Shown here piece by piece: positions 13,338-25,284 of a stretch of 64,000 nucleotides of DNA. This stretch comes from Eledone cirrhosa (lineage: Eukaryota): NCBI GenBank assembly GCA_964016885.1, contig OZ024741.1, positions 183,024,001 through 183,088,000 on the forward strand, read 5' to 3'. The stretch's first letter is position 1, and each line of letters opens with the position of its first letter. The position numbers and the translations under genes are program-made. Under the pieces are notes generated by a model. It was not told where the DNA came from. It saw only the letters and a program-made list of their open reading frames with translations, and ran no database searches.

Positions 13338-14680
13338 TCACCACCATCGTTTTTACATCTGTTTTTCCATCTCACTGGGATTGGACAGGTCTTTTTTAGC
13401 ACAGCATCCTTCCACTTGCAATGTGAGTCGCAATGATTTGAGATCAGCTTTCACCATCTCTGCCCATGTCTTCCTTCATCTACCTCCACTGTGGCTTCCT
13501 ACTACTGCGATTTCCTGGCGCTTCTTCACCCAATGATCATCATCTATGCACATCACATGGCCATACCAAAGCAGCCTTCTCTCTTACATACTTTGGATTT
13601 CTCTTAAACTCAGTTTCTCCTTCAGTTCACACAGGCATCATATAGCCATCCTTTTGTTCATAGAAACCTGTTGCTGTCAATGTCACCTAGATAGCAGAAG
13701 CTATCAACCACTTCTAGGGATCCTTCATGGAAGGTTTATATCACTGACACTCTTCCCCACCATTACCACTGCACATCTTTTTTCATAAAAAGTCTTCCCT
13801 CCCTGTTAGTCTACCTGTTATCTGACGACATCTCTAGTGTACCCAAGATTTACATTGTGTACATCGTATAGAGTTTATGCCTATTCCTTTTCTACATATT
13901 GAGCAGGGCCACTTCCCTGAAGGAACCAGGGTCCTATCTTCTTTCCTACTTACTAGTATTTTAGTTTTGGCTAAGTTAACTCACAGAGGTTTTGATTCCA
14001 AATTCTGTTTCTATAGTTAGAACTTATTCTCACTATAAGGACCAGATCATTATCATAGAGAAGTTCCCATGGACAGCCAGTCATAAACTTCTCTGTTATG
14101 ACCTGGAGAACTGTGATGAATAGCAGTGGGCTAAGAACAGAACTCTGATGAAGTCATACCTGTACCTTGAATTCCTCACAAAACTCAATTCCCTCTCTCA
14201 TTTTACTGACAGCACCCCTGTACATGGCTTGCACTGCTCTCACAAGCCATTCTTCTACACCTAATTTTCTTAAAGACTACCAGAATGAGGTACTCTATCA
14301 AAGGCATTTACTAGATCAACAAAAGCTAGATATAGTAGCTTATTCTTGGCTAGGAACTTCTTTTGTAGTTGTCTCACTAAGAAGAGGGCAGCTGTAGTAC
14401 ATTTCCCAGGCATGAAACCTGAACTGCATCTCGTCTAGTTTGACTCTTTCCTTAATTAGTTGTGCTATAACTCTTTCTGCCACTTTCATAACTTGGTCCA
14501 ATAGTTTTATTCCTCTGTAATTGGTCCTTTCTAGAACTTCACCTTTACTCTAGTAGCAATTTATGATTATACTGATTGACTCAGCCGGTTACTAATTTGG
14601 TTTCTACTTCTACCGGTGCTTTTAGCATCTCAGCAACTATTTCTGACAGTCCTGCAACTTTACCACTCTTCACCTCATTA
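13335..14680 (-). pseudogene. Degenerate RTE LINE fragment
   Basis: Minus strand retains GCPWELLY, VNLAKTK, PSGKWPCSIC and MQFRFMPG motifs with stops and frameshifts. Confidence 0.8.
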
Positions 14681-14816
14681 CAAATAAGAAATCAATCTGG
14701 CTTGTGTGTTCACCTGATTGGCATGTGATCAGGTGGCTGGCCAGTTTCTTGAAATTTGTGTTGCAAATGATTATAACTCATGCAAGCATGGAACAACAGA
14801 CATAAAAATGATGATG

Positions 14817-14848
<32 letters not shown>

Positions 14849-15013
14849 CGACAGTCGATCGACTTTCATCAAATCGGACCGAGGAAACAATGTTTCCGTT
14901 GGTCTTTCCAATTGCTAGTACTCTCTATCAGTCGCAACTCCAGGTAGAAAGAAATATATATATATATATATACGATATTAAACAAATGGAAACTATATTT
15001 ATAAAACCATATT

Positions 15014-15079
15014 TATTTCATTATACATATTTCGGGGATACCATATTAAAAATATGGCATGCCTTCTTCAGATAAAATA
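15014..15079 (-). ncRNA. Type-I hammerhead ribozyme in a fold-back cassette (14969-15170)
   Basis: tattttat-CTGAAGA-aggcatgccatatt ttt aatatggtatcccc-GAAAT-ATGT-ATA-atgaaata; 8-bp stem I. Confidence 0.75.
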
Positions 15080-15252
15080 CAATATATAAACATTCGGGTA
15101 TCCCCGAAATATGTATAATGAAATAAATATGGTTTTATAAATATAGTTTCCGTTTGTTTAATATCGTATATCTACTCCAAAACTTGTTGAGTGCTTTATA
15201 TCAGTTATAAAATATTTACTTGTTGTAACCCAACAATTTTATATAAAACTTT

Positions 15253-15283
<31 letters not shown>

Positions 15284-15499
15284 CATGATGGTGACACAAC
15301 AAAAAAAAGTACCCAACCCACACTGTAAAATGGTCATGTAGGAGTCACAACAAAAAGCACCCAGTACACACTATAAATGTGGTTGGCATTAGGAAGGGTA
15401 TCTAGTCCATAGAAACCTAGCCAGAAACAGTTCTGTGTGAACAAGACATGGTCACCTGACCCAACTTGCCTCAAACGGGTCAACCTGTCTAACCGATGC

Positions 15500-16255
15500 T
15501 ACTGCTGCACAAGCCTTTGGGTATGACACCATTTTGTATTACTTGATTTACAATACGGGTGGCAATGATGTTACCTACCATACCAGATGTTTTCAATTTG
15601 TCGGAAACTATCCCCGAAGGTCCAGCTGCCTTATATCCTTACTTCTATACTATTACTGACTTGTACAGCTGGTCCTTCTGTTAGGTCAACTTGGGGCCAA
15701 CTATCTTTTTCCCATGCATACTCCTCATTCATTAATCTTTCATAGTGGCTACCTTCTTTTCAACATCAGTGAGAGCAAGTATGCCATTATCATCTCGGAT
15801 ACATATCTCCCCAACAAAATCACAATTTTCCCTGACACACTGCCTTGCAATCCTGAACACCTCACACCTGTGGTCCTCAAATCATAAAACATTCTTAAAT
15901 TTTGTATTTTCTGCTTCCCTTCTTGCAAAGTATCATCTAGCTTCTCTCCTAGCATTCTGGTAGAGGTCTCTATTTCCCGCCATTCTGCCATTCTTTCCAT
16001 GCCTGTCTTTTGGCCTTAATTGTCTCATCTACACTACTATTCCACCACCAAGTCACTCTCCTTTTCTCTAGAGACGTTATCTTTCAGAAACTCCCACTGC
16101 TCCTCTATATTTCATGTTTCTATTTGCTTTTCCTTATTGTTGAAAGCATCAAGCAACATACCTCTACATTTGTTACTGGCTGATGGGTCCTTCTCCTCCA
16201 TGTTGTCCGCTGTTGCTAAGTTGTTCTAGCCCTAACTATAAAGCTGCTAACTACT
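15500..16255 (-). pseudogene. Degenerate RTE LINE fragment (endonuclease-RT linker region)
   Basis: Homologous to 20400-21250 (VFRIARQCV, EQWEFL). Confidence 0.7.
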
Positions 16256-16300
16256 ATATATTCACATTCATTATATTATATATATTATATTATATATATA

Positions 16301-16495
16301 GGGCGGTGGATTGGCAGTATCGGTAGAGGGTCGGACGCCATGCTTTGCAGCATAGAGTTACGGCTCTTTATGGTCTGAGTTCAAATCCCGCCGAGGTTAA
16401 CTTTGCCTTTCATCCTTACGGAGTCGATAAAATAAAGTACCAGTAATGCACTGGGATAATTGCTGGCCTTGTGCCAAAAGTAGAAACAATTATAT
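16301..16495 (+). mobile_element. Full-length group 1 tRNA-derived SINE
   Basis: Head gggcggtggattggcagtatcggtagag, B-box gagttcaaatcc, central gccgaggttaactttgcctttcatcc...gtcgataaaataaagtaccag, tail ggccttgtgcc...agaaacaattat. Confidence 0.8.
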
Positions 16496-18253
16496 TATAT
16501 ATATTATACTATATATTCATATTCATTTTTATTAAGGTTAAAAAGTGAGTTTTGTTACTCTGGAGTTTTGCCTGTTTATCACAAGGTCATCATAGATCTT
16601 CTGGCCTAGCACTCTCTATGGCTGTGTGTGCATACATGCACGCACATGTGTGCGTGTGTATTTCAAAATAGAATTAGAAGCTCTCACAGTCTTTTGACTT
16701 TATGAACCCCCATCCTGGGGATCCATATGCCCTGTTATTTAACTATTTATTCCAATTTTCAATCACTGCTGTATTCTAAATCACGCATGTTATTTACATA
16801 CATATATATATATATATATATACAAATCAACAAAGGAGGGTGCACAAGTTAATGACAACAGAAAAATGAACAGTCCCTTCTTTTCAGTCAAATTCTAAAA
16901 ATCACTATAGTTTCAGTTCATTAAGGTTGTTACTACTCATTCCGATGCACATTAGGATGTAACAAAACAGGCAGACATAGGACTAATAAAGATGAAAAAT
17001 TGAAGACAAAAAATACTATAAACTAATGTGCATCATTTGAAAGGGAAGAGATAGAAACATAATGCATAGTAGCTTAACCAAAAGGATTAAAAAAATAGAA
17101 AGGAGAAAAATAGAAAAATATATATTTGGACTACAGTCCTACATACGAAGGAGGCAGAGGAAAGGAAGGATGAAAGGAAGATAGATATTGGGCTGTGTAA
17201 AATCTATTTTTTGATATGTGTAAAAAAGGTCCACGTGACTAAGAATATTGAATATGAATAAAAAAAAAAGTTGGGTACACAAGACAAAGACAACAGGAAA
17301 AACAACATGCAAATGTTATATTGGCACAATTTAAATCCTGCAGTTACTGTTGTTTGTTTCTCATCTGGCTGTGTTGTGATTTGATAAACACTTAGTGGTA
17401 TGTGCCATATTCAGAATGAGGCATGGGTGCACATCAGGAATGGTATCTTACCATATAAAACCAGCTCGAAAATAGATTTTATCTAACACATGTGAGCATA
17501 GGAAAAACAGGCGTAAACATGATAATGATGGTGATGATGATAAAAATGAAAAGTGAAATTTTCTTTGGTATGAAATTTTAGGTTTCTGACTCCCTTCTGC
17601 TAATAAAAAAATATAATTTTTCCTTACACAACCCTACTCAACAAAAAAATACAACAGGCCTAAATTAGCCAAAAGCATGCCACAAAATATATAATAATTC
17701 AGTTAAATAAAAACGACAACAGAAATGCTACTGGAGACTTTTTAATGGGTATCAAAGACAAAATGCAATATATATAATTTATCCTTACACACGAACCTAC
17801 CCCAACAACTAAATGCAACAAGCCTAAACTAGCCAAACACTCACCATACAGATACAATTATCCAATAAAATCAAAATTAAAACTCATCCACAATAGAGCT
17901 ACTACGAGCACAAACTTCATCAGGTCACAACTGCCCTTGATATCTAGTTCCTGTTGAGTTGTGGCTACCACATATATTAGTACCATATACTCTGCAGTAC
18001 TCTAAATACTTAATCCTATCAAAAGAAAAAAATAACCTTTGTACCGGATATCTTTTTATGGAGAACAACAAAATATAATGAGCTTAAAATGCCCAAAATA
18101 CACCACACAATTACAATTACTCAGTTAAATAAAACTTCTTCTTCTCCTCCTCCTCACCCTCCTCCTTCTTGCTGACTGCCTACCATGTGATATTTTTCCT
18201 TTTCAAAAATATCACCACTAGCGATCACTTGAAAATTTCCCTTGATTTAAGAA

Positions 18254-18348
18254 GGTCTCCTGAAGAGCTGTGATGTCTCCTAGTCAAGGATATCCTAACT
18301 TATTAGAATATCCAAGTTGGTTCTTACACTGAAACTATAGTCAAGACC
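18254..18348 (+). ncRNA. Type-I hammerhead motif with long stem II and palindromic stem III
   Basis: ggtctc-CTGAAGA-...-GAAAC-TATA-GTC-aagacc; one mismatch at the first pair of stem I. Confidence 0.6.
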
Positions 18349-18514
18349 ACCAAGTAAATAAAGTCACTTTTTATCTTGTTTGATTTTCCCACTTATGAAT
18401 TTATATATATGCAGTGTGTGTCCCAAAAATGTATACACACATTGATTACCTGTACAGGCAATATTTATTTGAATGCTGTTGAAGTGTGTATACATTTTGG
18501 GAATACACTGTGTA

Positions 18515-21500
18515 TCATCATCATCATCATCATCATCATCATCGTTTAACGTCCATGTTCCACGCTTGCATGGGTTTGGACGGGAGTTTTCCCACTTGAG
18601 GCAAGAGTGGTTGTCATTGCTCGCATAGGACTGTCTGGCGGGTTTTCTACAGCAGGATGCCCTTCCTAACACCAACCACATTTACAGTGTGGGGCTGGGA
18701 GGTTTTTACCGTGTTGCCTACACGGCCACATTACAGCGTGGACTGTGTGTTTTTTTGTCGTGACACCTACACGACCTCATTTGTTTCGGCCTGGATGTTG
18801 TGGCACCAACATAACTTTACATTGAAAGGGGCGGTGTGGATGGGGTGGGGGAGGTGGGACGGGGGTGTATTTTGTTAGAGATGCCTACTGACTGTAGTAG
18901 GTTTTACTTTGTATTTAGGTAAGGCGGGTCTTCTCTATTACTGAGTACCGCCAAAAGTCTCGGTCCAGTGACATTGTCTTGGAGAGGTGTAAGTGTGTGA
19001 GGTCGGAATTTATCAGCTCGTCCCAGGTTTTTCTGGGTCTGCCTACTCCATGGCTACCGTCTATCTTTATTGCCCTGCACTTTGTTATACAGCTGTCGTC
19101 TTTCATGCGCATCACGTGACCATACCAACGTAGCCTTCTCTCGAGTAAACAACATCTGATCCCTCTTATTTCTAATTTTTTCCTTAGTTCGTTTATGCTT
19201 TGGCGTTCACGTATATTACTATTACACATCCAGCGGAGCATGCAAGCTTCGTTCCTCTCTAGTCTGCGTATATCCTCTGCACACAATGCCCAGGTCTCAC
19301 TGCCATGCAACATTGCTGTTCGTATGCAGGCATCATACAACCTGCCTTTCATTTTTAGGGAGAACCCTTTAGCGGCTAATAGTGGTATAAGCTCTCTGAA
19401 CTTTTTCCATCCAGTTCTGACTCTAGCTACTGTACTTTCAGAGCACCCTCCACCACTGCTAATTTTGTCACCCAGGTAACGGAAGCTGTCCACTATTTCT
19501 ATAGAACCCTCTGCGCAATTGAAAGAGCTAGTATTTTGTGGGTACTTGCTGCTAATTATTGCACCAGAGCACCGGCCACATGTAAAATCTATGTTCTTAG
19601 TTAGCTTACCTGTGATCCCACTACATCTTTTATGCACCCATACTTTGGATTTGGGACATAAAATGGAGTTTCTACCTACGCCTTTCCTACACACTGAGCA
19701 TGGCCATTTCCCGGAAGGGACCGCCACCTTATTTTCTTTCTTACAAACTAGAACTTTAGTCTTAGCCAGGTTAATTTTAAGGCCTTTTGATTCTAGGCCA
19801 TGCTTCCATGTTTGGAATTTCTTCTCTAGCTCGGCCATTGATTCAGCTATGAGCGTTAGATCATCTGCGTATAGGAGTTCCCATGGGCAGCCGGTCTTGA
19901 ACTCCTCTGTTATAGCCTGAAGGGCAATAATAAATAGTAGGGGGCTAAGAACAGAGCCCTGATGGACACCAACTTTTACGCTAAACTCTTCACTATATTC
20001 GTTGTTAATTCTAACCTTGCTGACTGTTTCTTTATACATGACTTGTATAGCTCTCACAAGCCATTCGTCAACACCTAGTTTTCTAAGAGCCCACCAGATA
20101 ATGGAACGGGGGACTCTGTCGAAGGCTTTCTCCAAGTCGACAAAAGCTAAGTATAGGGGTTTACTTTTAGCTAGTAGTTGTCGTACAATGAAAAGAGCAT
20201 CTGTGGTACTTTTGCCTGACACAAACCCGAACTGCATTTCATCTAGATCAATTCTCTCTCTGATTAGTTGCGCTATTACTTTTTCCGTGACCTTCATGAC
20301 CTGGTCGATTAATTTAATTACTCTATAGTTACTCCTATCTAGGGCATCTCCTTTACCCTTATAACATTTAATGATGATGCTGCTACGCCAGTCCTTCGGA
20401 ACAACCCCATTCTGTACGACCTGGTTTACTATCCGGGTGACCATGGTGTGTCCCACCGTTCCAGATGCTTTCAGCATCTCAGCAACTATTTCCGAAGGCC
20501 CAGCTGCCTTACCCGTCTTCATATCTTTGATTGCCTTACTTATTATACTACCCTCGACTAACACTGCTGGTCCCTCTATTGGTTCGATGTGGGGGAGACT
20601 GTCTTTCTCCCATTTATTCTCCTCATTTAGTAGCCTTTCGTAGTGACACTTCCAAGCTACCTTCTTATCAGCGTTGGTGATGGCAAGTACGCCATCATCA
20701 TTAAGTACACACTTCTCCCCGACAATATCATGGCTTTCCTTGACACATTGCCTAGCAATCCTGAACTCCACACATTTTTGGTCCTCGCGTTGTAGAACAT
20801 GCTTGAACTTTCTTTCCTCTGCTTCCCTTCTTGTGAAGTACACTTGTCTCCTAACTTCCCTCCTGGCCACTTGATCGTCTTCTCTACTTCCCCCATCCCG
20901 CCATACTTTCCAAACCTGCTTTTTGGCCTTAATTGACCCCTCCACCTTACTGTTCCACCACCATGTTACTCTCCTCCTGCCTACAGGCCTGCTCTAGCCA
21001 CAGACTTCGTCTGCCGCCATCAGCAGGTTTGCTTTCAGGAATTCCCACTGTTCTTCTATATTGTACGACTCTAATTGCTCTTCCTTACTGTCGAAAGCAT
21101 CAAGTAGTATGCTTTTAAATTTATTTCTGGCTTTGGGGTCCTTTAGCTTCCATATTTTTCTCCTGAGGATAGTGCTCTCCTGCTGTCTAGTACGTCTCGT
21201 CCTGACTATTAGGTCGCTAATTATCAGACTATGTTGGGAGGTGCATTCTTCATGGGGGAGGGATTTAGTGTTTACAACAGACACTCTGTCACGTCTTCTG
21301 GTAAGGATATAATCTACCTGGCTTGTGTGTTCCCCCGATCTATAGGTGATCAGGTGATTGTCTCGTTTTTTGAAGTTAGTGTTACAGATAGTTAGGTTAT
21401 TTGCGTCACAGAATTCCAGGATTCTGGAGCCTTCCTCATTTCTAGTACCAAACCCATAGCCTCCATGGATTCCGTTGTAGCCGTCACAATGTTGTCCAAC

Positions 21501-21705
21501 GTGGCCATTTAGGTCGTCTGCAATAATTATATAGTCACTGTCGGTTATTTGGGAGGTAGTGAGCATCAGTGTCTCATAGAATCTGTCTTTTATAGTGCCG
21601 AGCAGTCCGGATTGGGGTGCGTACGCAGATATTACTGTCACCGTAGTTCTATTGAGGACAAGTCTTATTTTAATTATTCTGTCGTTCTCTCTATTTATGT
21701 CAATA
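18515..21705 (-). mobile_element. Near-full-length RTE-clade LINE (APE endonuclease plus RT), 5'-truncated and frameshifted
   Basis: ORF 20994-21824 has APE motifs (SAYAPQ, DLNGHVG, QVDYIL); ORF 18915-20945 has RT motifs (FVDLEKAFDRV, GVHQGSVLSP, YADD); (TGA)n tail. Confidence 0.95.
18915..20945 (-). CDS. RTE reverse transcriptase ORF with a Cys/His (PHD-like) insert after the RT core
   Basis: RT motifs, then CSVC...LCPK.KVWVHKRC...CGRC. Confidence 0.85.
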   Translation of the reverse strand: MEGSIKAKKQVWKVWRDGGSREDDQVARREVRRQVYFTRREAEERKFKHVLQREDQKCVEFRIARQCVKESHDIVGEKCVLNDDGVLAITNADKKVAWKCHYERLLNEENKWEKDSLPHIEPIEGPAVLVEGSIISKAIKDMKTGKAAGPSEIVAEMLKASGTVGHTMVTRIVNQVVQNGVVPKDWRSSIIIKCYKGKGDALDRSNYRVIKLIDQVMKVTEKVIAQLIRERIDLDEMQFGFVSGKSTTDALFIVRQLLAKSKPLYLAFVDLEKAFDRVPRSIIWWALRKLGVDEWLVRAIQVMYKETVSKVRINNEYSEEFSVKVGVHQGSVLSPLLFIIALQAITEEFKTGCPWELLYADDLTLIAESMAELEKKFQTWKHGLESKGLKINLAKTKVLVCKKENKVAVPSGKWPCSVCRKGVGRNSILCPKSKVWVHKRCSGITGKLTKNIDFTCGRCSGAIISSKYPQNTSSFNCAEGSIEIVDSFRYLGDKISSGGGCSESTVARVRTGWKKFRELIPLLAAKGFSLKMKGRLYDACIRTAMLHGSETWALCAEDIRRLERNEACMLRWMCNSNIRERQSINELRKKLEIRGIRCCLLERRLRWYGHVMRMKDDSCITKCRAIKIDGSHGVGRPRKTWDELINSDLTHLHLSKTMSLDRDFWRYSVIEKTRLT

Positions 21706-21953
21706 GCTGTAGAAATGAGATGATAGGGACTGGGGTCCCTATCATTCCACTGCAAAGTGGTCGTGGAGGTGCACCCAGCCCTCACTGTAAAGTGGATGTG
21801 TAGGCGCCACGGTAAAAAAAGCACCCAGCACTCACTGTAAATGAGGTTGGTGTTAGGAAGGGCATCCAGCTGTAGAAATCAAGCCAGAATCAGTTCCCGT
21901 CCCACCCTTGCAAGCAGGGAAAAGCGGACGTAAAATGATGATGATGATGATGA
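21706..21953 (+). mobile_element. 3' part of group 2 SINE with RTE-like tail
   Basis: Matches 58071-58270; ends in (TGA)n. Confidence 0.75.
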
Positions 21954-22207
21954 TATATACATGAAATATATATCATATACTCCTGTACAAGTTGTATCTT
22001 ATTTCTACAAAAATATGTGGAAAACCAGCATTCATCCTATCTACTGGTCTTACAAAATTTCAGTTTAAAATGTATGGAACATTGTAAATGATGCATGTTA
22101 AATGGAAGTGCCATTTATAAGCAAGTATATATACATATTATATAAGTGTAAAACTAATATATTTCTTCATTGTTTGGTTTGTTATTTCTATTTACTTTTT
22201 GAATATA

Positions 22208-22266
22208 TATATGTGTGTGTGTGTGCATGTATATATATATATATATATATACATGCACACACACAC

Positions 22267-22327
<61 letters not shown>

Positions 22328-22335
22328 CACACATG

Positions 22336-22398
<63 letters not shown>

Positions 22399-22445
22399 TC
22401 TTTTTACATCTGCTCTTCAATGTTTGCACTCGTACACACACATGC

Positions 22446-22476
<31 letters not shown>

Positions 22477-22675
22477 TATATATACATTACATATATAAAG
22501 TGAGAGACAGAGAAGTAGTGAGAGATAAAATACTTCCCTCAAGGAAATGCAGTAAGTGCTATGTTTAAATAAAGCAACTCCAAGATATTGGTAAATGATA
22601 AAATTGTTTCTGCATTCTTTGAAGTGTTGAAGTTTTTCATCTTCCTAGACTATTATTTCTCTCACTCTCTTTCTG

Positions 22676-22754
<79 letters not shown>

Positions 22755-23047
22755 ATCGCCCTCAATATCACCCTATCTTTCAGCATCTCATTTTTCTCTT
22801 GCTCCTAAAATGTCCTTCTCTCTCTCTCTTTCTAATGTTTTTCTCTCTCTCTCATAATCTTCTTCAATCTTTTGCTCTCTTTCAATTTCCCTCCCCCTCT
22901 CTCTCTCTCATAATCTTCTTCAATCTTTTGCTCTCTTTCAATTTCCCTCTCTCTCTCTCTCATAATCTTCTTCAATCTTTTGCTCTCTTTCAATTTCCCT
23001 CTCTCTCTCTCTCTCATAATCTTCTTCAATATTTTGCTCTCACTCAT

Positions 23048-23102
<55 letters not shown>

Positions 23103-23290
23103 TCCCTCTGCTTGCAATCTATTTTCAAACTTCTTTCATTTTCTCTCTCTAATAATCTCCCTCAACCTTTCACTCTATTTCAATGTCTCTTTCTCTCACT
23201 TTCAATTCCCGCCCTCTCTCTCTCCCTTATAATCACTCCGATATCTTGTGTCTCTCTCATGTAATCTCCCTCATTCTCTTTCAATATCCA
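22208..23290. repeat. (TA)n/(CA)n microsatellites, then (CT)n and a CT-rich ~42-bp tandem repeat
   Basis: Direct inspection; ctcataatcttcttcaatcttttgctctctttcaatttccc repeated about 4 times. Confidence 0.9.
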
Positions 23291-23362
23291 ATCTATCTAT
23301 TTATTTATTCGTCTATCTAGCTATTCAACTATCCATCTATCTACATACTTACATACATACAT

Positions 23363-24530
23363 GATGGCTGCCTCCTCGTTATCGAGTATGGCCATTACAC
23401 GATATACCATTATTAATAATTATTAATTAATTCTATCGTGCAATGCTTGTGCGTGAAGATATTTTTTAAAGTGAGGAAAGACATTGCACTGAGCCAATCC
23501 CACTCTCTGAGCGACAGTAGCTATAACCCAAAAAGAAGAAAAGCTCAACATCATCGGTAACTACTGAGCCGCAGGTTTTATATCAGAGTTATCCCAGTTT
23601 CCTGAGTTGCCTTCTCCTAGAAGAATGCCCTGACAAAGGCTATGGGTCCTTCACTCCCAGTGATTTAACTGCGCGGTACATGTGTATATACATATTTACA
23701 CACTTTTGGATGGCCGTTGACTCTTATGAGTTCATCCGCCCTTTGTCAGGTTCTGTTTTTTGTCCTGCAGGGTGTCCAAAATCACCCTCATCACCAAGTA
23801 GACTTGGTGGGGTTGCCGGTTTAGTCGCCGACGACCCGACCATGCGACAGGTTGTACTGGGTTACATGTTACCAGTAGCACTCAAGACTGACCCGACATA
23901 CATACATACATGGTGGCTGCCAACTCGTTTTCGAGTACGGCCACTACTTTATATCCATGTAGGAGAACCCCTACCGATGCGCTGAACGAGTGTGACTTTT
24001 TAGTCCAGCCAGCGACTTGAAAATTCTGGTACAAACACTACACTTGTGACAATTATTGACACATAGTGCTGGGCCCATGGTACCATGTGACGACAAGTTC
24101 AGAGAGATCTCCAGATATAAAGCAATGCCTGTGCCGTGAAGCTTTTATAGTGAGCAAAGGCACTGCACCAAGCCAGTCCCACTCTCTTAACCAAGATGAT
24201 ATTTACCAAACAGAAGAACATGTCAACATCATTGGATACCATCAGAGTTGCAGGTGTTATATCAGTTTTCCTTCTCCTAGAATTCTGCCTTGACAAAGGC
24301 TAAGGGGTCATCTCTCCCGGTGATTTTGGATGGCCATTGACTCTTAAGAGCTCCTTTGCCCTTTGACAGGTTTTGTTTTTAGTCCTGCAGGATGTCCAAA
24401 GTCACCCTCCTCACCAAGAAACCTTGGTGGGGTTGCCAGTTTAGATGTCAACGACCCGACCATGAGACAGGTTGTACTGGCATACATGTTACCAGTAGCA
24501 CCAACTGGTGACCTGACATACATACATACA
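23363..24530. mobile_element. Two diverged tandem copies of a ~550-600 bp interspersed repeat flanked by (CATA)n; class uncertain, possibly RTE-derived
   Basis: 23363-23897 and 23911-24516 share ggctgcc...cgagta, ccttctcctaga...tgacaaaggcta and cgacccgaccatg.gacaggttgtactgg. Confidence 0.6.
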
Positions 24531-24974
24531 TATATACATGCATGTATGGATACATACAGTCATATAATTCCACTCAATAGTTCTGTTACAGAGGAAAAAA
24601 GAATGATAGTGAAATGTGATGACCCGGGTAAAAAAAGAGAGAGAAAATAAAAACAAAACGGAAAAGTAAAAGAAAAACAAAAAAATAGTAAGAATTGAAT
24701 CCTGTTAATAATCATAATGTCAATAATAGCTAAGTAGTGTGTGTGTATGTTTGTGTCTGTGAATTTTTGTGTGTGTATGTATGTATGTATGTATGGTCCA
24801 GTAACTTCTGATAGAGTCGTAGGGGCACCGTATTGACATCATACATCATTTCGTGAGCATTTTTAAGCCTGGCAGAGTCCATCCCTCTCCAGGTATGAGT
24901 ACAGCAGATTTCTTCCAGAGAGAGATAGAAATTGAGAGAGAGAGGAAAATAAGAAAGGGATATAGAGGAAGACT

Positions 24975-25110
24975 CGACCCCAGTACTAAACTGGTACTTT
25001 TTTTTATCGACCTTGAAATGATAAAAGGCAAAGTTGACCTTGGCGGAATTTGAACTCAGAGAGCAGAGTGCATGAACAAATACCATAAAGCATTCTATCC
25101 GACGTTCTAA
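24975..25110 (-). mobile_element. Group 1 SINE
   Basis: ctggtactttt...atcgacc...aaaggcaaagttgaccttggcggaatttgaactcaga. Confidence 0.7.
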
Positions 25111-25284
25111 CGACTCTGCCAATTTGCTTCCTGTGTGTGCATGTGTGTATACATGTTCACACAAGCACCAATATTTAGCCATGTGTGAGGACTGCTTGAC
25201 TGTCATTAAACAATCATACAGTCTTTTTCCCTTTCAGGTACATGGAACTTCTACCAAAGGAAATAACAGCTACTGTCAAGGTAC

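Noticed and set aside
16880-16920. GAAACTATAGT hammerhead half on the minus strand
   Set aside because: No CTGANGA partner found and the cleavage triplet is GUG.
22102-23152. ORFs of YI, CV, ER and SL repeats here and across the window
   Set aside because: Translations of microsatellites.
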